Translations under genes and position numbers: made by a program
The notes under the pieces: model-generated
Seen by the model: the letters and a program-made list of their open reading frames with translations, nothing else
Databases searched by the model: none
Told to the model about the DNA's origin: nothing
Assembly: GCA_036172245.1 (NCBI GenBank)
Contig: JAYWIR010000031.1
Span: 310,001 to 374,000 of the forward strand
Direction: 5' to 3'
Length of the DNA: 64,000 bases
Source: Raillietiella orientalis
Lineage: Eukaryota
Shown here: positions 53,027 through 64,000 of the stretch, piece by piece
How the letters are laid out: every line of letters starts with the position of its first letter
Position numbering within the stretch: position 1 is the first letter of the stretch

Positions 53027-56000
53027 TTCGTTTCTTTTTATGAGCTTTTAGAGAAGAAGCATTCCGAACTTTTAAATGAGATTTGTTTCTTCGCTTATGC
53101 ATTCTTTGCGTATATAAAAATAATTAGAGTACTTCAATCAAGAAAAGCATTCAGTCTGATTTGGAGCTCATCTAGAATGGTAGCAAATCTTGGTGTATAA
53201 TTCACATCATGGTGCTGAACAGCTATAGAGGAATATGTTGAGGAATTGTTTCCTCTCAAAAGTAGTGCATGAACGGTGCAAAGCGATAAGTAGAAATTCC
53301 TCATTGTATTTCGAATGTGCTCCTGTAATGTATCGAGCCTGTTTGATACGTTGGCACTATTTATAATATCCATTGGATTATACAGACGGTTCACATGTTA
53401 AATCTTCGTTCCTCCCCCATGTCTTTCTGAGGAAGGTCAACAGTAAACGCACTGACACGAAGACAACTTCATCTTTTAAAATGGTGTTTTTTGTAGGTGC
53501 TGTTTCCACTTAAAGTCGATGCCTTTTATTTTCCATTATCTTTACGATTGGAAGCACGAGATGTTCACATAGTGACATAGGGAATTTTTGGATGCTTAGA
53601 TGCATCTACACGAATAGGACTTGGGAAAACCCAGTAAATCTTGGAATGAATTCAAGGATCGTCCAATCTTCAAAATATGAAAACGCCATTTTCAAAGAAA
53701 CGTGCGTTCTCTTATGCCAATATGTTTTTTTTTTTTTTTTTTTTTAAATGAAACCCTCTCGCTGAGCCAGTTGCACAGTTTGCATTGACCTCTGTACTGA
53801 TGTGTTTTGATTATGTTTGATGTTGGTCAATCTACATGAAGTGCGTTTCCCATTAGTGGATCAGATTTTACTAGCAGTGAACACGACGAAGAAGCTTTAA
53901 CTCTGCCAGCAATGATAGGAGGAAAGCAGCTGTAAACGAGTATGACTAGCAAACATAGACAAATATGGATTTGTCATTACAGTCGAATCTTTTATTTGCT
54001 TCCTCACCTCACTTCTTCCTCAGTCATGGAATTCTTCACCAAGCTACATGCTGCACCTCAAGAGTGAGTAAGCATTCAAGTTCTTTCTCTCTGTAGGAGT
54101 TTTTCAGTTGGTGAAATATTGGAAAGATGCATTCGGATGCAAATGTCTCGAAGATATCTGCATGAATGGAAGCCAAGAGAACATGTGATTTCTTGGAAAA
54201 AGAAAACTGGAGATCCCAGACAATAGGAAGTCACCAGCGCTGATTTTAAGGAGAGCATTTTTTTCAACTTCCTGTGGAAACAGAGTTAATGCTCTCAGAT
54301 AGCGTGTCTGTGTATGTTTGCACTTGTGTTTAGCTCGTTTGAAAATTCTCACTCAGAATCATTCAGGACTTGAGATCACTTTTTACCAGTCGACGTGATC
54401 ATCAAGTTCTCATTTTTTTTTTTTTTTTTCTCTTCTCCATATTTAATGTGTGTTCAACTTGTAACTGGCCCATTTCTCTCAAGTGGTTTTCATTTAGGAT
54501 GCTTAAAGTGATTGGTTGCGAATAGCTACCGGCTGTCGACTGATGTTCCTAAGAAATGGCAAAAGAATAATTAAGCAGGCAAAATTCAATCCCAACTATG
54601 CGAATAACTGTTAGAAGCGGATGGTTCGTGATGCATGTGAGGTGCATTAGATTAGGGATGTCAATCACTAAGTGGCGGATGCAGTAAAGCTACCACTTGA
54701 GCACGTTTAACCTTAGATTCCTTCGGCGGGTCGACTGTTCGAACAGCATTCTTTAACGAAATTCTGCCATGCAATTTCACGAACGCCTGTCGGGCAAAGA
54801 GGAACGATCTACAGACTCAGCCTGCTGCGATGGACTGGTTAGCTGAGAATCATCACTGCAATAGAAATTCCGCAGATTCACGGGCGGAAACCCAATTAGA
54901 TGATTGCAACAGTTGTTAATCTCTGGAGTGCATCTCCATTGTCTTGTCATGGTGCACTTCGTAGCATGGGGCAATAACCATTCGTATTCTACTAGCAGCC
55001 GTTTGAATATAAAAGAAAGCTGGATACCCGGAATTCTTTCGGATCTTTCTTCACGGGAAACGGAAACACAGCCATTGAATTATTTCAAGAAATGCGTTTC
55101 CGAGAACGTGCTTCCCATGTCGTGTAGATAAACTCCCGAAACAACACCCTAACAATCTGAGACTTTCCGAAAAGGTTCAAAACTAATCGTGTTGGCCCGA
55201 ATGTGAGCACTTTTTCCTGGAAGCGAATCTTTAAAGGAAAACGAGCACTCATTTACAATGCAACCTATCAGTGTAAATGAAAATTATTAATACTATGAAC
55301 AAATATCCACACGTGCCCACGTAATACAGCGTATTTTTTGGGTGTCCGGTTCAATCAAGAATCTTCAAGTATCACCTTCTCGACACCTCCGGAAGTGGAG
55401 GAATTTTTCCGAAGGAGGGAGAAAGAATTGCAGCTGAACTTTCGCGGCAATCACATCTGAGAGAAAATTGCTAAGGCGGTGAGAAGAGTTCGGCCAGTCG
55501 TTTGCTGCAGCCACGAGACTTTACGTAGCTGAGAAGGAAATTCAGCATTGTACGGCTGCGTTATATTTCTCCAGGACAGAACGAGTTCTGTTTTCCAAAT
55601 TGAATACCTTCCCGACAAGGAGATTAACTTTCCTTTACAACGAGCCTTAAGAAAGCGCTTGTTTCTTCCTATGGCAACCGCGTTACCATTGCTTCAAGAG
55701 GAAAGAAGAATGAATTGAAACAGAAGTGATTACACGTTGAATCTTGGATTGTAATATACGAAGCGAAGGGCAGCAGAATGAAATACGGATAAGAAGGGTG
55801 TGGCACGCAGGGGTAAAATAGAATGTGTTCACACTTGCAAAAAGAGAAATGAATCGGTTAATGCGACGGCAGTTTCGAGTCCTCAACACAGCTGGAAAGA
55901 AGGAACGCCTTCTAAAGGCAAAATATGTTGTTACAGGCAACCATTTTCTGCAAGTGTGTTATCATTTTCTTCCTCTTGCGTCTTCTTGGAGAAAGAAACG

Positions 56001-56310
56001 TTGGTTGCAGTTCACTGAAAGTTAAATGCTACTTTCATATTCCAGGAATTTCCATTGAATGGAAAGTCGCAAAGACCGATCTCATGCCAGCTTCTTTTTG
56101 CAAGCCGGATTGTCTTTGAGTACATGGCATTTACACAAGATGGATTCTAACAGGAATCATGTGCTGCACTGAAAGGAACACACAAAAAACAAGGCTGTGT
56201 ATTTGGAAAGCTTCTATATTTGGGAATGAAAACAAAATCAACTAGAAGTGAGAAACAGCGACAGCTGCATCAAATCATCTCCAGTTCGCAGATGCGAAAG
56301 AGAAAAATCT

Positions 56311-56399
56311 CTCTCGCATCGTTACTCTTCAGCAAAAGTTCTCCTAAGCTTTGGGTTTGAAACAATTGCTTCACATCTCTGAAGATGCTGATGCGAAAG
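56311..56399 (-). promoter_or_regulatory. Candidate SECIS element in the GPx 3' UTR
   Basis: Minus strand: GUGAA (56374-56370), helix II arm GCAAUUGUUUC, unpaired AAA, small apical stem, arm GAGAACUUUUGC, then UGAA (56331-56328). Outer pairing CUUUCGCAUC/GAUGCGAGAG. Confidence 0.7.
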
Positions 56400-56411
56400 G
56401 GAAGGACCAGA

Positions 56412-59400
56412 CTACGAAGTTGACAGTAAATGACGGATGTGCTCCTCGGCATTTCGCGGAACGAATCTTGGATCGAATCTTCTGATGGGTTTCCCCTTCC
56501 CATCTATGAGGAACTTTTCAAAATTCCATGCAACATCAGTTTGTCGAATAGGCTTGTAGTTGAGTCGCTTGCTATCTGCAAACTGCAATCTTGGACGAGG
56601 GCAGGAACTCTAGGAGAGGGGAGAGGGAAGATATACATATATGTAGTAAAGCAGAAAATATTCAGGTATTAATTGTTTTTTTTTTAAAGCATTATTATCA
56701 TTTTCTTAAATATGCTGAAATATCCAAAAATCTTTTGAGCACTTGGGATCATTCCTCAGCTTTCGACGCCCAGCTACCATCAGAGAACGAACGGAGCCGC
56801 GCGCCGAGCAAGACGATCTTTGTGACCACAGCGCAGTTCGCAACGCACCACGAGGCACGACAGATTTCGGTAGTGACTCGCAAGAAAAACTTCAGCCATG
56901 TGTTCGAATGCGCCTCCACAGTTTCGCTCCGAAATTTTGTCGGTTTATCCTCTTCTCGCGTGGTCAACCGGAAGTGAACGATGTCTTTCCTTATTCGGAC
57001 TGGGGAAGCTGACTCCCAGGAACTTCTCTTCCGCCTCGTCTCCCTCCATCAGGGAGACGAGGAGCTTCTGAAATCACGGGTCTTCTGCCGCTGCGCAAAT
57101 GAAACGATCGCCACGGAAGAGCATGGGCTAAGGCAAGTCCCCTCTAGGGGATGCTGACATGTCCTCGTTAGGTTTCACTCACTGAACGAAGAAGGTGTCA
57201 CCAATGCTTGCCGTCTTCGGGCCTGCAGGTTTCTCTCGAAACAGCTACTTCGACCGAAAGACTTTTCCATTTCCAGCCCAACTGAGAACGACTGAAATGA
57301 TGAAACCCTTTTCAAAGGACCCCAGATATCAAGGATGCGCACTGATCTCGAAAGAGTGCGTAGCCGACTTTTTCAGCCGGCTTTTTCAAAGCCGTGCATC
57401 GGCATTAGGCTACCGGGTCCTCTAAGTAATCGATCCTCACCTTCCGGTTTCACTCTTTTCGAGTTCACCAAAAGCGGGAAAGAGAATCTTCGATGGTTGC
57501 CCAGCGCACCCTACATCGAAACGGAGACGCAAAACTGGGGGCCTCTTCGCGAAAGGCATGGAGTGGCAAGGAAACGGTCAAGGGTGACTTTTCCTACTTC
57601 GCCGCAAGGTAACTGCGTACATTCGAGCTGCGGCAGGCCATCTGCCTGTTGACTGGCGGGTGGGTCCCTCCCACGCGCTTCATCAGACGCTCACGGCGCT
57701 CAGCCGGCAGAAGCGATGACTCGAACCGTCCGAGCATTCCAAGCTTCCTGGGAAAGAAACGTGCCTGCTTCTCAGAGAGAATCTCTCGCGGGATTCACAC
57801 CCCTGGTCCACGTAGCTGATGAAGTCATTAAAAAGAGCTGAAGTTGTTTTCCGTAAACAGAGCTCATCCTGCGGGACCAATAAAAACCCTGCACCCGCCT
57901 AAAATCTTTCGTAACAAATGTTTTCGGGGAGAAGGGGGTATGCAAATGCTAGGAGTTATGGGTAGTGCCAGGATCCGATCGCATACCAAGATGAGGAGTG
58001 GCATGGCATGCTGCAGTGTACAAATGAGCATCGAAGAGTGAGCGGAAAGGATACGAGAGGGCGGGGAGAGGAAATTCTTGGAATGGAAGACAAGTCTGCG
58101 CAACAGAACGAGACGGATGCGAAGAAGCAGCAACAGCAAACGCATCTGCGGCAGTTGGCAATGAAGGTGACCTTTGGAGAAGATGGAAAAACGCGAACGG
58201 AACGACTGCTCTGGAGGAGATGCATGAGATTTTCCAGTCACCATGGAAGGAGGGTGGAGACGTGAGATGATGGCAATGGATTTCTGGATCGGAATAATCC
58301 AAAGAAGAAACCGAAAGGAAGCGATTTTTCGGCGGCTCCTCCACTGAGGATGCTTCCTTTCTTTCCGGTGATAAACGTGGAGGATTTTTTCGAGCCAGCA
58401 CACGCAAAAGAAAACCCGTTTCTAGGGGAAACTGGAAATTTCTTTTTTCCTTTCCTCGTTGGAGATAGGAGGAGCGAGCATTCGCCGTTCGATCGCTCAA
58501 GTGCCGCAAGTCTCGAGTTACCAAGAGCGCGACTCTCAAAGGAAGAAGCTTACGCCAAAATCTGCGCTGATTTTCAAAAGAACAATCCAAAAAACAAAAA
58601 TACTTCGCAAGCCTATTCAAGCTGGAAGTGAGGAGCTTCTTTCAACAGTTAAGAGTGCCTTCGGAAATCTCGAATCCGATTTAAGGCATCCATGCAACAA
58701 AAAAAAAAGAACTGGAAGTAACTGAAAATCTTCCGCCATCTTCCAGCGCAGTCTTTTGTTTGCCACCGCAGCGAAAGAAGTTCCTAACGAAGAACGAGAA
58801 TTGCTGAAGAGAATGCAGTTCCGCTGAATTGGATCCAGGCTTTCAGCTCAACAGAGATCATTCAACTGCCGCGTGAATGACCCATTTTCCATCCTGAGCA
58901 AAAACTGTCCTGTGCGCGTTGGCGGCGCGAAAGTAATTTTGTTTACGCAAACTCCCTGACAGAAACCAAAGAGCAGAAGAAAGAGGAGGGGGACTGATAC
59001 AAGACTTTCTGGTTAATGTAGGACTCACAAAGAGAGCATTTCACTCTTTTCCACTGTCGCAGCGAACCGTTCGGCCAGACGGAAGGGGTACCAAGCATGG
59101 TTTGTCAAACACCAGCATGGAATCTCTCTTACCTTGAGAAAGGTGTACAGAGGATGTTCGTTTTCACCATTGACTTCGATTTTCGCCGACATCGGAAAGT
59201 GTGGTAGAAATCCAGCACCTGGCTGAACGAATTGGAGCCCATTTAGCAAGCTTTGGCCATCGAAGGCGGGTTCTTGCTGGAATAAGCAAACAGATGAAGG
59301 CAGTGTCAGGGTGTGTACTTTGAAAACACGTCAACAAGCCGTTGCAATCGTAAGGAGACAGACCACTTGGATGCACGATCGACAAGAATCTCGGCAAAAC

Positions 59401-61443
59401 TGCAGGAGTCCGCGTATAAAAAGTTATTCCTGAAGGATAACCTCGTTACGCTCCCATTACTCTCAATTTTGTTTGTTTGAGTCTCATGCTTAGAGGACAT
59501 CTCCAAGCCGCGGTCAAAGTTCGCATCTCGTTGGGAGCATGAGGTTATTTTCTAATTTCTATGCGAATCCGTAAAATCTCTAAAAAAAAAAAAATGAAAT
59601 AAAAATAAAAAGTTCATGAAAACAAAACGGTGGATCCCGCTGAGAACGACGAAGATTCAGCTCTTCCCCTGGGAGGACAGGGTGCACGCCGGCCTGAGGA
59701 ATTCGTTCTCGAAAGACCCAGGGTACCCCCGCTGCGACCGCGTTCGCCAGCGAACGCCGTCTGTTCGGGAGGTGCGACGCAGCCAACGAGCGAACGGGTT
59801 GACGCCGTCTGCTACTTGACGGAGCCGCAAACGAGGACGGGGAGCGCTCGTCATCTGGGGAGTTGCAAGATTTCGTGGGCGGAGATGGAGAAGACCTGCA
59901 CCAGCCGCGAGAACGCAATTTATGAACTGTCAGAATCGCTGTTTGGATGCAGTCCACAGCGGCTGCAACGTATCTGGTCCCGCGGCACGACAGCTCCCAA
60001 GCTATCCATTTACTGCACCGGGACGCAACGCGCCCTGGAGTAATTTTCCGTGACCGGGGTACTCCTCCTGCGTTACAGGGAGCTGTCGATTCCAAGGCGG
60101 GCAGCCGTTGCTTCCAACTGCTGCCCGCTCGAGCATCAACTTCATGAGGCGCGGTCAACTGGAAGCGAACAGAAGAACACGAACCGGAAGTTCTTTCCCC
60201 TTAGACGAGCTCTGACAAATGCAACCCACCACCTATCTTCTCGGAAGTCCCTGGGAAGCGCTCAAACACAGGAAGTAGAAGGAAGATGCCTTTGCTTTCG
60301 GAACAAAGCAAAGACTTCGGTTCCAGCTTCCTCTCACCAGAGTCAGTGACGAATCGATGCAGCCGAAGACACGAACAGAACGTGAAACCAAAGGCCACTT
60401 CCCTTATTGCTTAAGTGATGCCTCAAAAGAAACGTTTAGGTACACCCATACAACAAAGCGGACACCTTACGCGTTGCAGCAATCCGCGTTATGTGGTCCC
60501 TATAGGTTACGCACTTCTAAAAGATATAAAGAAGATTACACGTTACAACAAAAGCATATTTCAAATATCTATTTCATTCCAAAAAAAAAGGGGTGGGGTG
60601 GAATGGGGAAGAAGTTAAAAACGTTTACTGATTTTTGAACTTGAAGAATTTTTTTCTTTTCCCGTTTTGGTTAAGAGTTTTGTTGACATTCAATGAATTC
60701 TAAGCGAATCCATCGTTTCGGCGCTACCGTTCTCGTAGTTGGAAAATCTTGCGCTGTTCCGTTCACGAAAATGGGGCTGGAACGGAATTCGGCCCACTTG
60801 ACCACTCGTGCGTCCGTGTTGGCGCTGGAAGGCAGCTGAACTGACCCTGCTCCGTATAGCTCAGGTCATCTGTGGATCCACCAGCGGTCAACGGGAGCGA
60901 TCGATCCGCGTTGTCGCGTGCCGCAGCTTCCGTACGGGATCCGCGATCACACGCGGGGGTCTGCTGATGACCTCCTCGGTGTCAAAGCGCGACCGCGCAT
61001 TTTCGGGAAACAGCCGCCACGCCATCACCAATCCAGAGGACGGCCATCACCCCAAACACGCCACAGAACCCCAGCCGAGTGCTTACCCAACCAAAATTGT
61101 TGCACGGGATGCCGATGATGGAAAATCCTTGATCTTTCAGTGTGTCGTGAAGCTCGTTCATGCCGTAGTACTGGCGATACAGATCTCAGTATGTGGCTAC
61201 GTTGACCAGCAGAAGAGTCTAGAAGAAACAAGAGGGGTGCAAGAGGCACCTGAGAAAGCGCAGGGGCGTCCTCTCTACCTTGCCCCGGTAGTCGGACATG
61301 TTCAAGGTTTCATCTCCGATAAGGGATTTTAGAGAATAGTCGTAGATGGTTCCTCCATTATCGGAGCAATTCGTATACAGAGAGGGCGCACACAGGTGCA
61401 CCAGGCTGAGCGCCAAGGATCCGAAAAGCAGTCCAGCCGACAT
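56412..61443 (-). CDS. GPX: Secreted selenocysteine-containing glutathione peroxidase (GPx3-like), about 212 aa; exons 61279-61443, 61087-61218, 59133-59276, 56412-56609
   Basis: Signal-peptide-like N-terminus, YRGK|TLLLVNVATY-U(TGA 61188-61186)-DLYRQY, IGIPCNNFGW|QEP, KIEVNGENEHPLYTFLK|, DVAWNFEKFLIDGKGKPIRRF. All three introns are GT-AG and phase 0. Confidence 0.93.
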
Positions 61444-63698
61444 CTTCAAGCGAAGATGGGCGAAATCGAGATTCGCTTCCAGAAGATCTCTCCTTTTTTA
61501 CAATTTCAACTCGCTACAAACCATACAAGTCTGAAACAGAAGACCAAGTGGTCCCCTCCCTCCCGCGTATTTGAAAAGCTCTGGTGCGAGCATCTTCCTT
61601 CCCACTTTCCCTTTCATCTGGACAGAGCGACCTCGCCGTCTTCCATCCGGAGCGCGCGGTTTCTGCGTGTCCCCCCAGAGAAACCCGACCAGGGCGACCC
61701 CCGGCACGGGCGAGAGGCGCATCCTCCTGCTGTGCTTCGGAGGATGCGGCTGGCGTTGTTCCCAGGGAGTGCCTCCCTTTCCGCAAACACCACGAACGCG
61801 GATGAACGCAAAACGTTTCACACGCGTCCCTGGCTCGAGAGAACGAAAGCAGCGGAATTCCGGAATGCAGGAGAACGACAAGTCACTTGGATCGCACGAT
61901 CGTTCATCTCTTCCGTCACTGGCCTCCAGGACCAAAGAGGAAAAAGAGAAGAAACACCACTTTTCCAGCACACACTCACTTTCACTACGGTGTCTCTGCC
62001 CCAGCTCTCGGACACAGTACGCACGGTGTTTTTCGCAGCGCGGCGCTGCGAGCGAGTGCAAGGCGCACATACCGCCGTCGCCCCATACGAAGCACCCGCG
62101 GGACGTCCGCAGCCTCGGCAGGGAACCACGAGTCTGACATGTGGAGGCCAGTCTCCGCTGCTGGACCTGAATTCTTAAGGCGCGCTGATGCGCAAAAATC
62201 ACTGCCGCCGCTTCAGCGGGCGGGGCACTCCGTCGTCGGCGTACGTGTGTGGGTCGTCGTGGTTACGGGGGCAGTTCTTATAGGATGGGCCAACTCGTGC
62301 CACCCTGCCGCCGAATGCACCGTCCCAAGGTTTGTCGTGGGAAAACACGCGGGAGGGGGGGGGGGGGGGAAAGGAGGAGCTGCGTAGGGATGAAGCGCCT
62401 GGCACTGCGGGTGTGTTCCGAGGGTGCCCAGGAATGCAGATCTTTCGTTTCGCAACCGCTGTGGCAACCCGATTCACCGTTTGCAGAATCTCAATCTCGT
62501 CTCATCTCTGATCTGCACCATGCGCTGGCTTCCCCTTGGTAACAGGACGAGCGAGTGAAGACGCCGAAACGCGCCATTCGTTGCGAAACTGAGCCCCCTC
62601 CTCCGTTTCGGAGGGCCTGCTGGCATTGCGGACTCATCATCGGGAGAACAAACTTTCCTTTTCCGATCCGGAAGATTCAGGTTGTTACCCCCGCATGCAC
62701 TCTCCCGGTGAACATCCTCGGGAGCCTATCGCAGCGACTGTAACGACTCGCCGTCGTTCTAATTCAAATTATGGCCGGGATCCTCCAAAGGATTCAACTG
62801 CTCCTCACGAAAAAGCCCTTATCACAAGGAATTTATGCGGAAGTCCGGTTCCTTAGTTGTTTTGTGTGCTCGACTCGTCTCCATTTTCAGATAACTCCGC
62901 ACACGCGCTCGGAGCTTTGCTCGCTCGTCACCCGTTTCCATGGAAAGCGGCGAAACTCGTGTCAGGAGGCGACATTCCGCTCCATCGGAACGCTGCAGGC
63001 GTAGCAGACGCTCGCTACGGATCAACGGCCACTTCTTCCTCGGAGGAAGACTTTTTATTTTGGAAAGATAGGGATGAAATGTCCATGCCCACTCTCCATG
63101 CTGTGGATTTTTTCGATTCCGGCCTTCTCTGTACTCACATGCGTAGCGAGCCGCGTCGAAGTGGTGGCGTTGCTTCCACGTTCCCTTCCGCGTGCCTCAC
63201 GCCGCTTGTGGGCGTTCTTCTCGGCTTTAGGGAAGGTGAAGGAGGAAACGAAGAGTAGTTTTAGCAGATGAAGGCTCCCGAAAGGAAGGGGGAGGTTCCC
63301 CCTTCCCAGAGGCGCGCAGCGGTGTTCGAACCGGCGGTGCCGATGCAAGGCGACGAGCAAAACAGTCTGGGTTGGAGGATGGCACGCGGGGACGCGGAAC
63401 AACCAACACAGAGTGGCTGGAAGCTTGATCTTTTTAAGCGCGCGTGGTCCTTGCAAGTGCGAGCATCCGCCATCACTCGGGAGGATATGTGGGCGCGATG
63501 AATGCCCGCAACATCCTCAAAAGACCAGAGAGCAGATCGACAGCGCCCTGCACGCGTCCGGCTACGCCTTTCCTCGAGGACAGGCCCTCCAAAGAAACCA
63601 TCTCTTCTTTCAGAGGGTTCAAGAACCGATTGCCTCCTTAGGGATCGCTCACGAAGCTCTTCGACGCCGCCCACTCCACCTGAGGGTGCGTGTGGTAA

Positions 63699-64000
63699 CT
63701 CCTCAAGTTGGGGGGCAACCACGGAGGGACCACCCCATGAATCCAGGAAGGGACTCCGGAGGAAGGAGTCCGTTCCTTTCTCTCACGCTTGGGAGGAACA
63801 CCGAAGGGAACCCTTCACCCTGGTTGTCTCTGAAGGGATGCCACGGAGGGAGTCCGCTCCCCGTTTCTTCTCGAAAGGGCACCCGCGAGATGGCCGCTCC
63901 CTGTCCATCTCTGAAGAGAACCCCGAGGGTTCGGCGCTTCCAAATTCCTATGAAGGGTCGGCTTCCCGAAGGGAGCGGCGCGCTTCTCGGAACTCTGGAG
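63699..64000 (+). repeat. Dispersed GC-rich repeat, copy 3 (runs to the window edge)
   Basis: Alignable with about 41028-41260. Confidence 0.7.

Noticed and set aside
53134..53394. 86-aa ORF with protein-like composition
   Set aside because: In-frame stop just upstream, no clear splice acceptor and no recognisable family.
55661..58900. X-box half-site (CCTATGGCAAC near 55668-55678) and plus-strand intron-like segments suggesting a gene antisense to GPx
   Set aside because: Only a half-site, and trial splicing hit stop codons in every phase tried.
61186..61188. TGA read as a nonsense mutation making GPx a pseudogene
   Set aside because: It falls exactly on the Sec position, the downstream exons are intact and a SECIS candidate is present.
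49455..61443. Functional link between CTU2 (sulfur tRNA modification) and the seleno-GPx
   Set aside because: Adjacency alone is not evidence in a eukaryote, and tRNA-Sec is not a known CTU1/CTU2 substrate.
1..64000. CRISPR array, rRNA or prokaryotic operon/defence system
   Set aside because: No regularly spaced repeats or rRNA signatures; the genes have spliceosomal introns.

Overview
Eukaryotic (animal, probably non-insect arthropod) genomic DNA with many 39-60 nt GT-AG introns. I reconstructed six protein-coding genes by hand, all on the minus strand: an intronless IQCA1/DRC11 (2256-4697), a divergent 3-exon CFAP20-like gene (9481-10732), a 26-exon ABCA transporter (13050-26921), a heparan sulfate 3-O-sulfotransferase (29339-30418), a 9-exon CTU2 (49455-51591) and a 4-exon secreted glutathione peroxidase (56412-61443). 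The peroxidase has an in-frame TGA at the catalytic position and a candidate GUGA-type SECIS in its 3' UTR, so it is a selenoprotein that the ORF track breaks up. Both ciliary genes have an RFX X-box-like site 100-180 bp upstream. The 39-48 kb interval holds decayed elements: an RBM8A/Y14 processed pseudogene, a mariner fragment, two tRNA-derived SINE copies, a probable non-LTR reverse transcriptase relic and a dispersed repeat. There is also a recent 187-bp locally templated insertion with a 24-bp flanking duplication, and a perfect 28-bp hairpin. Exon boundaries and family calls come from manual reading and recalled motifs; no searches were run.
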